From Candidatus Kapaibacterium sp. (lineage in GTDB: Bacteria; Bacteroidota; Ignavibacteria; Kapaibacteriales; UBA4661), in contig JANYIG010000165.1 of NCBI GenBank assembly GCA_025358765.1, forward strand, positions 6,024 to 70,023: DNA of 64,000 nt, read 5' to 3'. The notes under the pieces are model-generated. The model was given only the letters and a program-made list of their open reading frames with translations. It ran no database searches and was not told the DNA's origin. Each line of letters starts with the position of its first letter. The stretch's first letter is position 1. Both the position numbers and the translations under genes were made by a program. Below are positions 27,386-37,303 of this stretch, piece by piece.

Positions 27386-28801
27386 TTATTTCAAATCTTC
27401 GTCGAGCGTACCAAGTGCGAAGCGCATCTGATATTGTGCTGCAACGTAGTTGTAGAGCGTGTTAATGCGGTTAATACGTGCCGTCACGAGTGTTCCATTT
27501 GCCGTAGTATAATCCAAAATATTCGCTGCCCCAACTTTAAAACGCTCTTCGGCTGCATTAAAATTTTGTTCGGCAGATTTCAGCGAACGCGCCGTAATGT
27601 CGAGGTTTTTTTCAGCCGCCGCAAGCTGGATATATGCGTTTTGCACATCGCCCGATACAGCTTGCTCTACTTGGCGTTTTTTGATTTCGCTTTGTATGAG
27701 TTGTACCTGCGCTTGCTGAATCTGGTTGTCGCGGTTGAACCCATCAAACAACGTATAGCGCATGGTCAGACCAAAGGATTGCGAGGAACCATCATTAAAA
27801 GCACCAACATCATTACCAAACCAACTATAGCCAAAACTTGCGAAAAGGCTCGGAAACCAGCGACCATTCTGCGCTCTCACGCCTGCCGCTGCTGCATCCG
27901 ATGATATTCGAGCAGAAGATACATCAAGGCGTTTTTGCAATGCTTGGTTGAGCGCCATATTCACAGCCCCAACGGTTGCACGGAATTGAGCCATATCATC
28001 ATCGCCGACGGTTTCGGGAATTTTTACATCGGCAAAGTCGGCTGGCAAGGTAGGATTTAAGCCAAGTGTTGCTAAAAGCGTTCCTTTGGCAACTTCCAAA
28101 TCGTTTTCTGCCTGCACTATCGCAAGCTCGCGGTTGCTCACGTCGGCTTCCTGCGTGTAAACAGGTGCAATTGCTACTACACCTGCTTCGTATTGGGCAC
28201 GAACACGCTCAAGCTGTTTTTTACCAACCTCGAAGTCTTCTTTGCGCGTCTTCACCACTTGTTTTGCGCGGAGAATAGAAAGATATTGGCTGCGAACGGT
28301 ACTCAGCACTTTGCGACGCGCTTGCGCCAGACTCATATCCGCCGCGTCACGGTTCAGTTGTGCCTGACTATACGTTCCTTCACGATTAAAACCGTCAAAA
28401 ATCATGTAGTTAAGATTGGCATTTGCTGAAAACGAGTTGGGGTTAGAGATGGGGAACTCAACCCTTGCGCCGCCAATAGAGGACACAGATGTTGTATTGA
28501 GTTGCCGTCCGTAGCCCAAACTCATCGTTGCGCCTGGCAAATACTGCCCAAATGCCGCTTTTACACTGCTTTCAGCGCTATTGAGTTGTGCCATTGCGTT
28601 TTGCACGTCGAAGTTATCACCAGAAGCAATTTTCAAACATTCTTCAAATGTGAATGTCCGTGCGCCAGCACCGGCGGTGACTGTTTGGGCAGAAAGAGAA
28701 AATGGCAAAAGCAAAAGTAGAGCCACAAATACGGCGGTTGAAGTCGCTACAAGCCTTGATTGGTGCTTGGTTGGGGAGAGAGAAGAAGAAACAGGTTGCA
28801 T
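27386..28801 (-). CDS. TolC-family outer-membrane efflux protein
   Basis: Signal peptide and duplicated OEP repeats (YMIFDGFNR / YTLFDGFNR); upstream of the adaptor and ABC genes. Confidence 0.92.
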   Translation of the reverse strand: MQPVSSSLSPTKHQSRLVATSTAVFVALLLLLPFSLSAQTVTAGAGARTFTFEECLKIASGDNFDVQNAMAQLNSAESSVKAAFGQYLPGATMSLGYGRQLNTTSVSSIGGARVEFPISNPNSFSANANLNYMIFDGFNREGTYSQAQLNRDAADMSLAQARRKVLSTVRSQYLSILRAKQVVKTRKEDFEVGKKQLERVRAQYEAGVVAIAPVYTQEADVSNRELAIVQAENDLEVAKGTLLATLGLNPTLPADFADVKIPETVGDDDMAQFRATVGAVNMALNQALQKRLDVSSARISSDAAAAGVRAQNGRWFPSLFASFGYSWFGNDVGAFNDGSSQSFGLTMRYTLFDGFNRDNQIQQAQVQLIQSEIKKRQVEQAVSGDVQNAYIQLAAAEKNLDITARSLKSAEQNFNAAEERFKVGAANILDYTTANGTLVTARINRINTLYNYVAAQYQMRFALGTLDEDLK

Positions 28802-29167
28802 ACAAAATTCCGTGAAATAATTGTGAAATGGTTAAAGAATTGTCAAGCTTGTGTGTAATAGAGTGTCTTCCGAATTAGTTTTTATGTCATGCCAGCCTTG
28901 TACAATAATCGGAATAAACTCTCATATTTGAACTATCCATTCGATTAAATGTTTTTACAAGCAAAAGCCGCATGGACACTTGTTCCTACAGCATTAGAAC
29001 GGATTTTTCAAAAAATTGTTTCAAAAAAATAGAAGAGGTACAATGAAGTGCGGAAAATCAATAACCGGACGATAGCCTGATGATGGTCAGGCGACGGAAA
29101 AAATCTTGGCATCTGCTGTGACTTTGGTAAATTACAGGATTCATTTAAGAACAACAAGGAATCGCAG

Positions 29168-29818
29168 ATGGCATCGCTTATAGTGGAAATTCATTCGGTC
29201 ACGCCGCAGCCCAGAAAACTTCAGCAAGTTGCCGCCGCCGCTCGTGATGGAGCGGTGCTTTTGTACCCGACCGATACAGGGTTTGCGCTTGGGTGCTGCT
29301 TGGGGAACAAAACTGCTATCAGTCGTGTGCGTGAGATTCGGCGGATGCCACAGCATAAGAATCTGACATTTTTGTGCGATTCTCTCTCGAACATTGCTGA
29401 ATACGCCAAAGTGAGCAATATGGCGTACAGAAGCATCAAGCGGTTGATTCCGGGGCCGTTTACATTCATCTTACCAGCAACAAAACAAGTTCCGAACTAT
29501 GCCGTTGACCCTAAACGCAAGACCTCCGGTATTCGCGTTCCTGATAACCGCCTGGTGCGGGATTTGCTGAAAGAACACGGCAGCCCTCTTATTTCTATCA
29601 CGGCAAAGCATCCCGACAAAGATGCTGACAATAACGATGAACTCATTGAATTGCTCACGCCGCTTGTGGACGTTGTAGTGACAAGCGAAGAATATCATTT
29701 TGTGGGCGAATCCAGCGTGATTGATATGACGACCGAAGAATTTCTGCTCATCAGACGTGGCGCGGGCATGGGCGATGTTGAACGCAATCTTCCGCAATTC
29801 ATTGAAGAAACCGCTTGA
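29168..29818 (+). CDS. Sua5/YrdC/YciO-family protein, YciO-like
   Basis: IH..TPQPR, YPTDTGFALGC, PGPFTFIL, GIRVPD. Confidence 0.88.
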   Translation: MASLIVEIHSVTPQPRKLQQVAAAARDGAVLLYPTDTGFALGCCLGNKTAISRVREIRRMPQHKNLTFLCDSLSNIAEYAKVSNMAYRSIKRLIPGPFTFILPATKQVPNYAVDPKRKTSGIRVPDNRLVRDLLKEHGSPLISITAKHPDKDADNNDELIELLTPLVDVVVTSEEYHFVGESSVIDMTTEEFLLIRRGAGMGDVERNLPQFIEETA

Positions 29819-29842
29819 ATCCAAGCTGTATAATTAAATTTT

Positions 29843-30874
29843 ATGACTTCTTTTACCGAGCAAAGCACATTATTAGCGATTGAAACCTCGTGCGACGAGA
29901 CTTCTGCTGCCGTTTTCCGAGGACGCGAACTTGCGGCAAACGTTATTTCCTCACAGATGTTTCACACCAAATACGGCGGCATTATCCCAGAACTTGCTTC
30001 ACGGGCACACGTGCAGTCACTTCCGGCGGTTGTTGCCGAGGCGTTGCGGCAAGCGGGCGTAGGGATGCGCGATGTGGGCGGCATAGCAGTGACGGCGCAT
30101 CCGGGCTTGATGGGAGCGCTCGTAGTTGGTACGAGCTTCGCTAAAGGTTTGTCGCTGCGATACAACGTGCCGCTTGTGGCGGTGAATCACATCGAGGGGC
30201 ATATCTTCTCAGCATTTATCGAGAACGAATCACTTGCATTCCCGTTTCTTGCACTTGTGGTGAGTGGTGGACACACGAGCATCTTCCACGTTCGGTCGTT
30301 CGAGGATTACGAAATTATCGGCTCCACAAGGGATGATGCGGCGGGCGAGGCATTCGACAAAATTGCAAAATTATTGGGCTTAGGTTATCCGGGCGGTGCG
30401 AAAATGGATGCGGTTGCAAAACAGGGCAACCCGGCTGCCATCAAGTTTCCACGCGGGATGTACCATGAAGAACACTTCGATTTCAGTTTTAGCGGTTTAA
30501 AAACGTCCGTTCGTACCTACGTCCAGAACACCCTGCGAAATCAAGTGACGGCAGAACTATTGCCCGATTTGTGTGCATCGGCGCAAGAAGCGATTGTGGA
30601 TGTGTTGGTTCACAAAACTCTACGCGCTGCCGACCGCACTGATGCTCGTGCAATCGTGGTTGCAGGCGGCGTGGCGGCAAATTCACGCCTTCGCGCTAAA
30701 CTCCACGAGCAAGCTACGAAGCGCTCTATAGGACTTTTTATCCCTTCGATGCAGCTTTGTACCGATAACGCTGGCATGATTGGCATTGTTGGACGCAAAA
30801 AGCTTCTACACGGCATTCAGAGCGGCTTAGAGTTCACGGTGTCGTCGAACGCACTTCGCGCCAAACGAGCGTAA
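29843..30874 (+). CDS. tsaD: tRNA N6-threonylcarbamoyltransferase
   Basis: IETSCDET, PELASRAH, HIEGH, SGGHT, DDAAGEAFDK, TDNAGMI. Confidence 0.97.
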   Translation: MTSFTEQSTLLAIETSCDETSAAVFRGRELAANVISSQMFHTKYGGIIPELASRAHVQSLPAVVAEALRQAGVGMRDVGGIAVTAHPGLMGALVVGTSFAKGLSLRYNVPLVAVNHIEGHIFSAFIENESLAFPFLALVVSGGHTSIFHVRSFEDYEIIGSTRDDAAGEAFDKIAKLLGLGYPGGAKMDAVAKQGNPAAIKFPRGMYHEEHFDFSFSGLKTSVRTYVQNTLRNQVTAELLPDLCASAQEAIVDVLVHKTLRAADRTDARAIVVAGGVAANSRLRAKLHEQATKRSIGLFIPSMQLCTDNAGMIGIVGRKKLLHGIQSGLEFTVSSNALRAKRA

Positions 30875-30912
30875 AGCGAACATATATGTTTCCCTACAAT
30901 GTCTGTTCTTCG

Positions 30913-30920
30913 TATATTTG
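30913..30920 (+). promoter_or_regulatory. Bacteroidota-type -7 box for the hicB/hicA-like pair
   Basis: TATATTTG, 65 nt upstream of ATG 30986. Confidence 0.5.
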
Positions 30921-30985
30921 GCTTTCTGGGACTTTATAGCACGGAAAACATCGTTACGGTGGCTTCTCCAAAAACCACAAGCATT

Positions 30986-31333
30986 ATGAATACACTATCA
31001 GCCTACCACGAAGAAGAAGTGACTCAGAATACAGACACGTACACGAAATCATTCTCATCATTTCAAAACGCTGAGATGGATATTCTGCTCCACTCTCCGA
31101 TGCAGTGCGACGTTCAAACAAGTGACGATGGCGTACATATTGCCTATCCGCCGTTGAATCTTCACTCCTTTGGTGTATCTGAAACTGAAGCTCTGGATGA
31201 TTTTACTAATGAACTTTCCTACATCCACGCTCACTACCTTCATGCACCTGATGAAACGTTAACGAGTTATGCTCGAAGCATCAAATATGGCGTTTTATCG
31301 GTAGTCAAAGAGGTACGACGTGGCAAGTCTTGA
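30986..31333 (+). CDS. HicB-like antitoxin
   Basis: Acidic 115-aa protein with a partial RNaseH-fold-like motif (YPPLNLHSFGVSETEALDDF); overlaps the next gene. Confidence 0.55.
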   Translation: MNTLSAYHEEEVTQNTDTYTKSFSSFQNAEMDILLHSPMQCDVQTSDDGVHIAYPPLNLHSFGVSETEALDDFTNELSYIHAHYLHAPDETLTSYARSIKYGVLSVVKEVRRGKS

Positions 31334-31598
31334 CAGCAGGAAAGTTGAACGTGCATTAAAGAAAAAAGGCTTCATCGAAGAAGCTGGCGATCATAAATAC
31401 TTTCGGCTCTATGTTGACGGCAAAGATACAGGCATATTTACAAAAATGAGCCGTAATAATCAAGATGTTGGGGATGGGCTAATAAAGAAAATGGCAAACC
31501 AACTCAAGATGGAACCCTCATTTTTTAAAGCCTTTACCGATTGCACAAAAACCAACAATGATTATCTTGAGGAGCTTTTCAAGCAGAACATACTTTGA
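31320..31598 (+). CDS. HicA-like toxin
   Basis: RKVERALKKKGF...GDHKYF...DVGDGLIKKMANQL resembles the HicA dsRBD-fold pattern. Confidence 0.65.
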   Translation: MASLDSRKVERALKKKGFIEEAGDHKYFRLYVDGKDTGIFTKMSRNNQDVGDGLIKKMANQLKMEPSFFKAFTDCTKTNNDYLEELFKQNIL

Positions 31599-31724
31599 TC
31601 ACTTCGCCATTCTACGTACTCGTAAGTGCTTTCCCAGTATAATTTTATGGTAAATATCAACAAGGGAAAGCGGGAAACGTCAACGTCAGAATTACATGTT
31701 TTTATTTTTTTTCGTAAACAGCGC

Positions 31725-32849
31725 ATGAATACAAGTGTCCGTCCGATTACGTCCGCAGAGGTGATGAAATTCATCAAATGTCAGTGGAATTTCTACAAAG
31801 GCGATCCAAACTGGGTTGCACCGCTTATTCAGGAGCGCAAAAAACTCCTCAGTACCGAAAAAAATCCTTTCTACCAACACTCGAAGATTCAGATGTTTCT
31901 TGCCGAGCGTGGCGGTGAAGTTGTTGGGCGCATTGCGGCTATTACGAACGACAATCACAACAAGAAATTTAACGACAAAGTGGGATTTTTCGGTTTTTTT
32001 GAGTGCGAGGACAATCAAGACACTGCCGACAAACTCTTCGATGCGGCACACCAATGGCTCCGCACACAAGGTATGGACACAGTTCGCGGTCCGGTCAATC
32101 CTTCAATGAACGATGAAGCGGCGTTGCTCGTGGATGGTTTCGATGAACCTCCGGTGATTCTAACGACCTACAACCCTCGCTACTACATGCAGCTCATCGA
32201 ACAAGCGGGCTACGCAAAGGCGAAGGATATGTTTGCGTACATCCTGAAACATGAGAATTACCAATCTGATAAAATGAAACGCCTACAAGCAGCTATCCGA
32301 GAGCGTTACAAGATTACTATCCGCGAGGTAAACCTGAAAGATAAGGCGCAACTGAAAAAAGATACGGACGCTATCAAAGACATCTACAACGCCGCATGGC
32401 AGAACAACTGGGGTATGGTTGCCTTCACCGATGATGAATGGGCAGCGCTTGTTAAGGATTTGAAGCCTATTGCCGACTCGCGCATTATCTACCTTGCAGA
32501 GGTGGGCGGAAAACCTGCGGGCTTCACGCTCGCGCTTCCGGATGTGAACCGTGCGCTCATTCACAGTCGTGGCGGCGGTTTGCTCGGCGCGGGTTGGGCG
32601 CTCGTGACCAAACGCAAGAAGGTCAATCTTTGCCGCATCATCGTGATGGGCGTATTCCCAGAATATCAAAAACTTGGCATAGATGCTGTTATGTATTCTG
32701 AAATCAGCGAGCGTTCCCGCGAGAAATATACCGAAGGCGGCGAAGCATCGTGGATTGCTGAGGACAACACGGCGATGAACCTTGCTCTGACAAAAGCAAT
32801 GAATGCTAAGATTTACAAGACATACCGGGTTTACGAACGCGGGATTTGA
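31725..32849 (+). CDS. Tandem GNAT-fold N-acetyltransferase (YghO-like)
   Basis: YKGDPNWVAPL, VGRIAA, GFFGFFEC, RGPVNPS, GVFPEYQKLG, SWIAEDN, YKTYRVY. Confidence 0.8.
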   Translation: MNTSVRPITSAEVMKFIKCQWNFYKGDPNWVAPLIQERKKLLSTEKNPFYQHSKIQMFLAERGGEVVGRIAAITNDNHNKKFNDKVGFFGFFECEDNQDTADKLFDAAHQWLRTQGMDTVRGPVNPSMNDEAALLVDGFDEPPVILTTYNPRYYMQLIEQAGYAKAKDMFAYILKHENYQSDKMKRLQAAIRERYKITIREVNLKDKAQLKKDTDAIKDIYNAAWQNNWGMVAFTDDEWAALVKDLKPIADSRIIYLAEVGGKPAGFTLALPDVNRALIHSRGGGLLGAGWALVTKRKKVNLCRIIVMGVFPEYQKLGIDAVMYSEISERSREKYTEGGEASWIAEDNTAMNLALTKAMNAKIYKTYRVYERGI

Positions 32850-32928
32850 GATCACCACTTTGATTATCACCACGTCGTTCAACCAACGATGAAATTACCT
32901 TTTTTAACTTTCTTTGGAGAAGAGCTTT

Positions 32929-33810
32929 ATGCGAACAATTATGCTGAGAACCGCAATTGCCATATCATTTATCGTATCGTTGTATGGATGCAGCAAATGT
33001 GGCGGCGGTGCGGAGCAAAAAATAACCGAGCAAATCAATGCGGAAAAAGGCGTATTGACGAGTGAAAAAGATCGAACGGATAGTCTGTACCGTGAGGCGC
33101 TCAAACAAGTGGATGAAATGATGAGTGTTTTAAGTGCTCTCGAGGCAGAAGAAGGTATCGTCCGCACAATGGGTCAAGAAAAAGGCGAGTCGGCAGCTAC
33201 GTTCAAGCAGCGCATGGAAGATATTGCGAAACGTTTGAATGACAAAACCGCGACAATCCGCAAACAAGCAAATGAAATCACTTCGCTCAAGAGTAAACTT
33301 GCCGCAACCGAAGTAAAACTTGCCGCCGTAACAAAACGCGCCGATTCGCTTGGAGCGTTAGTCAACGTACAGCAAAAAGAGATTGTGCAACTCCGCGAAC
33401 AGCTTGTATCCTCGCGCAGAACGATTGATTCACTCAAAACAAAACTTGCCGAAAAAGATGCCATTATCGCAAGTAAAGTCAAAGACCTGAACCGCGCCTT
33501 TTACATCGTGGCGAGCAAAGATAACCTTTTAGAAAAAGGCATTGTTGACAAACAAGGCAAAGTGCTGTTCTTTGGCGGTCGGATTGCGATGAAGCAAAAT
33601 TTTGACACAAAAGATTTCACGAAAATTGACATCTCTGAACTGAGGGAAATCCCCATTAACGCCGCAAAATCTGACGTAACGCTTGTTTCCACGCACGACG
33701 CAGACACGTACCAACTGGTCGAAGCTGGCGACGGTAAATCTACGCTCAAAATAAAAGATGCTGATCGTTTCTGGAAAAGCGCGAAATATCTGGTTGTGAT
33801 GACCGAATAA
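32929..33810 (+). CDS. Coiled-coil lipoprotein, possibly Cbp1-like adhesin family
   Basis: LYGC lipobox, a long coiled coil, and a C-terminal domain AFYIV...FTKIDI...LKI.D...FW...KYLVV. Confidence 0.6.
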   Translation: MRTIMLRTAIAISFIVSLYGCSKCGGGAEQKITEQINAEKGVLTSEKDRTDSLYREALKQVDEMMSVLSALEAEEGIVRTMGQEKGESAATFKQRMEDIAKRLNDKTATIRKQANEITSLKSKLAATEVKLAAVTKRADSLGALVNVQQKEIVQLREQLVSSRRTIDSLKTKLAEKDAIIASKVKDLNRAFYIVASKDNLLEKGIVDKQGKVLFFGGRIAMKQNFDTKDFTKIDISELREIPINAAKSDVTLVSTHDADTYQLVEAGDGKSTLKIKDADRFWKSAKYLVVMTE

Positions 33811-33845
33811 TTATTATTCATTCAAACGGACTCTTGGAGGAGTAC

Positions 33846-35399
33846 ATGCGTCCAGCATTTATCAACGAAACGTACTATAATTTTAGCGACCCCGCCATAG
33901 CCGCCAAACAACGGGCGGCTGTGGATGAGGTTCGCAGCCGTTTTGGTAAGGAATACCCAAACATCATTGATGGCAAGGAAGTGACAACCGAGAAAAAAAT
34001 CACGTCGCTTAATCCATCGAACATCAGCGAGACTGTTGGCGTATTCCAGTCTGCCACGCAACAGGACGCGGAAGCGTCTCTACAAGCCGCATGGAAAGCA
34101 TTCGAGTCGTGGAAAAAGGTCCCTGCCGAAGAACGTGCGGAGTATTTTTTCAAAGCCGCCGACCTGATGCGGAAGCGGCGAATGGAAATTAATGCATGGA
34201 TGGTATCTGAAGCTGGCAAAAACTACCTCGAAGCAGATGCTGACACGTGCGAAGGTATTGATTTTCTGGATTTTTACGCTCGCGAGGCTATCCGCTACGC
34301 ACAGCCACAACCGCTCACGCCCTCGCCGCTTGAAGGCGAGAAAAACTCATACTCTTATATCCCGCTTGGTGCGGGTTTTGTGATTCCACCGTGGAATTTT
34401 CCGTTTGCGATTTTGGCGGGCATGGCTTCAGCCGCAATGGTTGCGGGCAACACGGTTGTTCTCAAGCCGGCAATTGAAACCCCGATGATGGGCTGGCTGT
34501 TTGTAGAGATTATGCGCGAGGTAGGGCTTCCGGCGGGTGTATTGAACTTCTTGAACGCCGACCCACGCGAGGTGGGTGATTATCTGGTTGGGCATCCGAA
34601 AACACGCTTTGTGTCGTTCACCGGTTCGATGCAAGTTGGATTACATATCAACGAACTTGCCGCAAAAACGGCTCCCGGACAGATGTGGATGAAACGTGTC
34701 ATCGCTGAAATGGGTGGCAAAGATGCAACCGTCGTTGCCGATGATGCTAATCTTGACGAGGCGGTAAAAGGCACGGTCGCGGCAGCATTCGGTTTCCAAG
34801 GGCAAAAATGCTCCGCATGTTCACGTGTGATTGTTGATGAAAAGATACATGATGTGTTCGTCGAAAAACTCGTTGCCGCCACAAAAGCGCTTCAGATGGG
34901 CGATGCGAAGGATGATGCACCCGTTGGACCTGTTTCCAGCATCAAAGCAGAAACAAAGATTTTGGAGTGCGTCGAAATCGCTAAAAGCGAAGGTATAGTG
35001 CTTACGGGTGGTAAAAAGGTGGAAGGTTTGAACGGTTATTACATTGAACCAACAATAGTCGCGGGCATTGCGCCCACTGCACGCACGGCGCAAGAGGAGA
35101 TTTTTGGTCCGGTGCTGGCGGTTATCAAAGCAAAAAATTTCGACCACGCACTTGAAATTGCCAACAATACGAAATTTGGACTCACGGGCGGTTTATACTC
35201 CGCCAGCGAAGAGCGTTTGGAGCGTGCTCGTAACGAGTTTCACGTAGGTAATTTGTACTTGAATCGCAAGTGTACAGGCGCATTGGTGGATGTGCATCCG
35301 TTTGGTGGTTTTAACATGAGCGGCACGGACTCGAAGGCGGGTAGCCGTGATTATTTGTTATTGTTCATGCAAGGCAAATCTGTTGCGCGTAAGTATTGA
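33846..35399 (+). CDS. pruA: L-glutamate gamma-semialdehyde (P5C) dehydrogenase
   Basis: PPWNFP, FTGS, AEMGGKD, GFQGQKCSACSR, EEIFGPV, PFGGFNMSGTDSKAG, with GGAGG before ATG 33846. Confidence 0.93.
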   Translation: MRPAFINETYYNFSDPAIAAKQRAAVDEVRSRFGKEYPNIIDGKEVTTEKKITSLNPSNISETVGVFQSATQQDAEASLQAAWKAFESWKKVPAEERAEYFFKAADLMRKRRMEINAWMVSEAGKNYLEADADTCEGIDFLDFYAREAIRYAQPQPLTPSPLEGEKNSYSYIPLGAGFVIPPWNFPFAILAGMASAAMVAGNTVVLKPAIETPMMGWLFVEIMREVGLPAGVLNFLNADPREVGDYLVGHPKTRFVSFTGSMQVGLHINELAAKTAPGQMWMKRVIAEMGGKDATVVADDANLDEAVKGTVAAAFGFQGQKCSACSRVIVDEKIHDVFVEKLVAATKALQMGDAKDDAPVGPVSSIKAETKILECVEIAKSEGIVLTGGKKVEGLNGYYIEPTIVAGIAPTARTAQEEIFGPVLAVIKAKNFDHALEIANNTKFGLTGGLYSASEERLERARNEFHVGNLYLNRKCTGALVDVHPFGGFNMSGTDSKAGSRDYLLLFMQGKSVARKY

Positions 35400-35639
35400 C
35401 GCTTGTTCAAGCATCGCACAGGTATTTTCAAAAGAGCATCCAAAAAACAACAATGTCCGTTTCACCACATCTTCGTGCTGGAACGGATTTTGTTTTTGTA
35501 TTTTGGTAATCATCCGTTGTACGAGGATTATAGCGCTACCCAGAACATTTCTGACGAAAAAACCACAACAAACAATAAACCAAGCTCTTTGAAGGCTTGG
35601 TTTATTGTTTGTCTGACGTAACCTTGCGTCAAACAGCTA

Positions 35640-35957
35640 TCAGTCAATCATCAACGTCGGCGTATTGCCGCACTCTGGCGGACATGACACACCCAACGAA
35701 GCAACGTGACCGTTCACAAGTTCGCTACCGTCTTCCTTCACACCCACAAGAATCAATTGGTCTTTGCCGCCAAAGTCTTTGCCGAAATAGAAGCGAATGC
35801 CCACGCATTCTGCTTGTCCAAGAATAGCGAGCAATGATTGCTTACCGAAGAATGTCCCGTAAATACTGCCTTTGCTAGCCTTTTCACGGTAATTTTCTAT
35901 CATCTGTTTGCCGTCGGCAACGTCAATAATGTGTTTTTCTTTGCCTGTAAAGGTCAT
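35640..35957 (-). CDS. Conserved-looking small hypothetical protein with C-terminal CPPxC motif
   Basis: GGAGG RBS; sequence FFGK..L..IL.Q..CVGIRFYFG...LILVGV...CPPEC. Confidence 0.75.
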   Translation of the reverse strand: MTFTGKEKHIIDVADGKQMIENYREKASKGSIYGTFFGKQSLLAILGQAECVGIRFYFGKDFGGKDQLILVGVKEDGSELVNGHVASLGVSCPPECGNTPTLMID

Positions 35958-36021
35958 AGTTCCTCCGTAGAATGGATAATGGATAGGGAATAATGGAAAT
36001 TGCTTGTCTAAAATTATTTAT

Positions 36022-37131
36022 CTATGGGTGAAATAATAAATCAGATGTAATCTCGTGCAAGGTGCGGCAACCTGAAATCGCCATTGCATTATCAAATTCG
36101 TCGCGGATACAATGGAGTGCAGTTTCCACACCACGTTCGCCATCCGCCGCTAAACCCCATAAAATGGGTCGTCCGAGCAAAACAGCCTTTGCGCCTAACG
36201 CAAGCGCCTTCAGTACGTCCGTGCCGCGCCGAATACCTCCATCCACCAAGATTTCGAGCGAGGAAATGGATGAATCCGCCGAAGACCGCACGGCTGCGAC
36301 AACTTGGGGCAATACTTCTATCGTTGCTGCCGACGTATCGAGCTGTCGTCCGCCATGGTTCGAGACAACAATCCCTGAAGCACCGTGTCGTGCGGCTTGC
36401 AGGGCATCGTCCGCTCGCATCACGCCTTTGACAAGCACAGGAAGATTTGTGATAGAACAGAGCCATTCCACGTCCTTCCACGTCAGCGAAGCATCTATAT
36501 TCTGAAAAAAATGGTTCGATAAGCCTGAACCCGCACTCACGGTATCAACGCTTGTTGCACCGATGGCGCTGTAATTTTTTGTCTGTATATCCGGCGGCAA
36601 ATGAAATCCGTTGCGAATATCGCGTTCACGTTTGCCAAGCATCGGCGTATCCGCCGTGAGTACGAGCGCTTTGCAGCCTTCATGTTCTGCGCGTTGCACC
36701 AGATCGCGTGATGCAGCACGGTCTTTGAATACGTATAATTGAAACCACAAGGTTCCGCCTACCTCGCGTGAGGTTGCCGCTACTTCTTCCAATGAATATG
36801 TCGAAGTCGTACTCAAAATCATCAACGCTCCGGCACGAGCCGCAGCGCGGGCTGTAGCAAGCTCGCCTTCTGGATGTGCGAGCCGTTGCAGCGCCGTTGG
36901 TGCAATAGCAATTGGAGTAGAAAACGTCTGCCCAAACAATTCCACATTCATCGAGCGCTCACCCACGCCACGCAACATACGGGGTGCAAGTTTGAGCCGC
37001 TTATATGCTTCGGTGTTTTCGTGGACGGTGAGTTCGTCGCCTGCACCACCAGCATAATAATCGTAAAACATTGGCAGCATTGCTTCACGAGCGAGTTGCT
37101 CAAGATCGAAGATGTTGGTGATAGTCGTCAT
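36022..37131 (-). CDS. FMN-dependent alpha-hydroxy acid oxidase (glycolate/lactate oxidase family)
   Basis: WFQLY, SNHGGRQLD, DGGIRRGTDVLKALALGA. Confidence 0.93.
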   Translation of the reverse strand: MTTITNIFDLEQLAREAMLPMFYDYYAGGAGDELTVHENTEAYKRLKLAPRMLRGVGERSMNVELFGQTFSTPIAIAPTALQRLAHPEGELATARAAARAGALMILSTTSTYSLEEVAATSREVGGTLWFQLYVFKDRAASRDLVQRAEHEGCKALVLTADTPMLGKRERDIRNGFHLPPDIQTKNYSAIGATSVDTVSAGSGLSNHFFQNIDASLTWKDVEWLCSITNLPVLVKGVMRADDALQAARHGASGIVVSNHGGRQLDTSAATIEVLPQVVAAVRSSADSSISSLEILVDGGIRRGTDVLKALALGAKAVLLGRPILWGLAADGERGVETALHCIRDEFDNAMAISGCRTLHEITSDLLFHP

Positions 37132-37303
37132 TGCTCATTCATCAATTGGTGCTTTGGACATTCGGCGTTCGCTTTTTGTGCTTTGTTTTTGTATATTCAC
37201 AACTAATATATTCAGCGAAATTCTTCCGTTTAGCGAAAAAATGGAATGTTTTTCGCTATAAAAATATAGTAATCTACTAATATCGCAGTTTTTCCGCAAT
37301 GTA

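Noticed and set aside
35400..35639. Short ORFs and a hairpin near 35610-35636 downstream of pruA
   Set aside because: The ORFs look random and the hairpin is adequately explained as a terminator between convergent genes.
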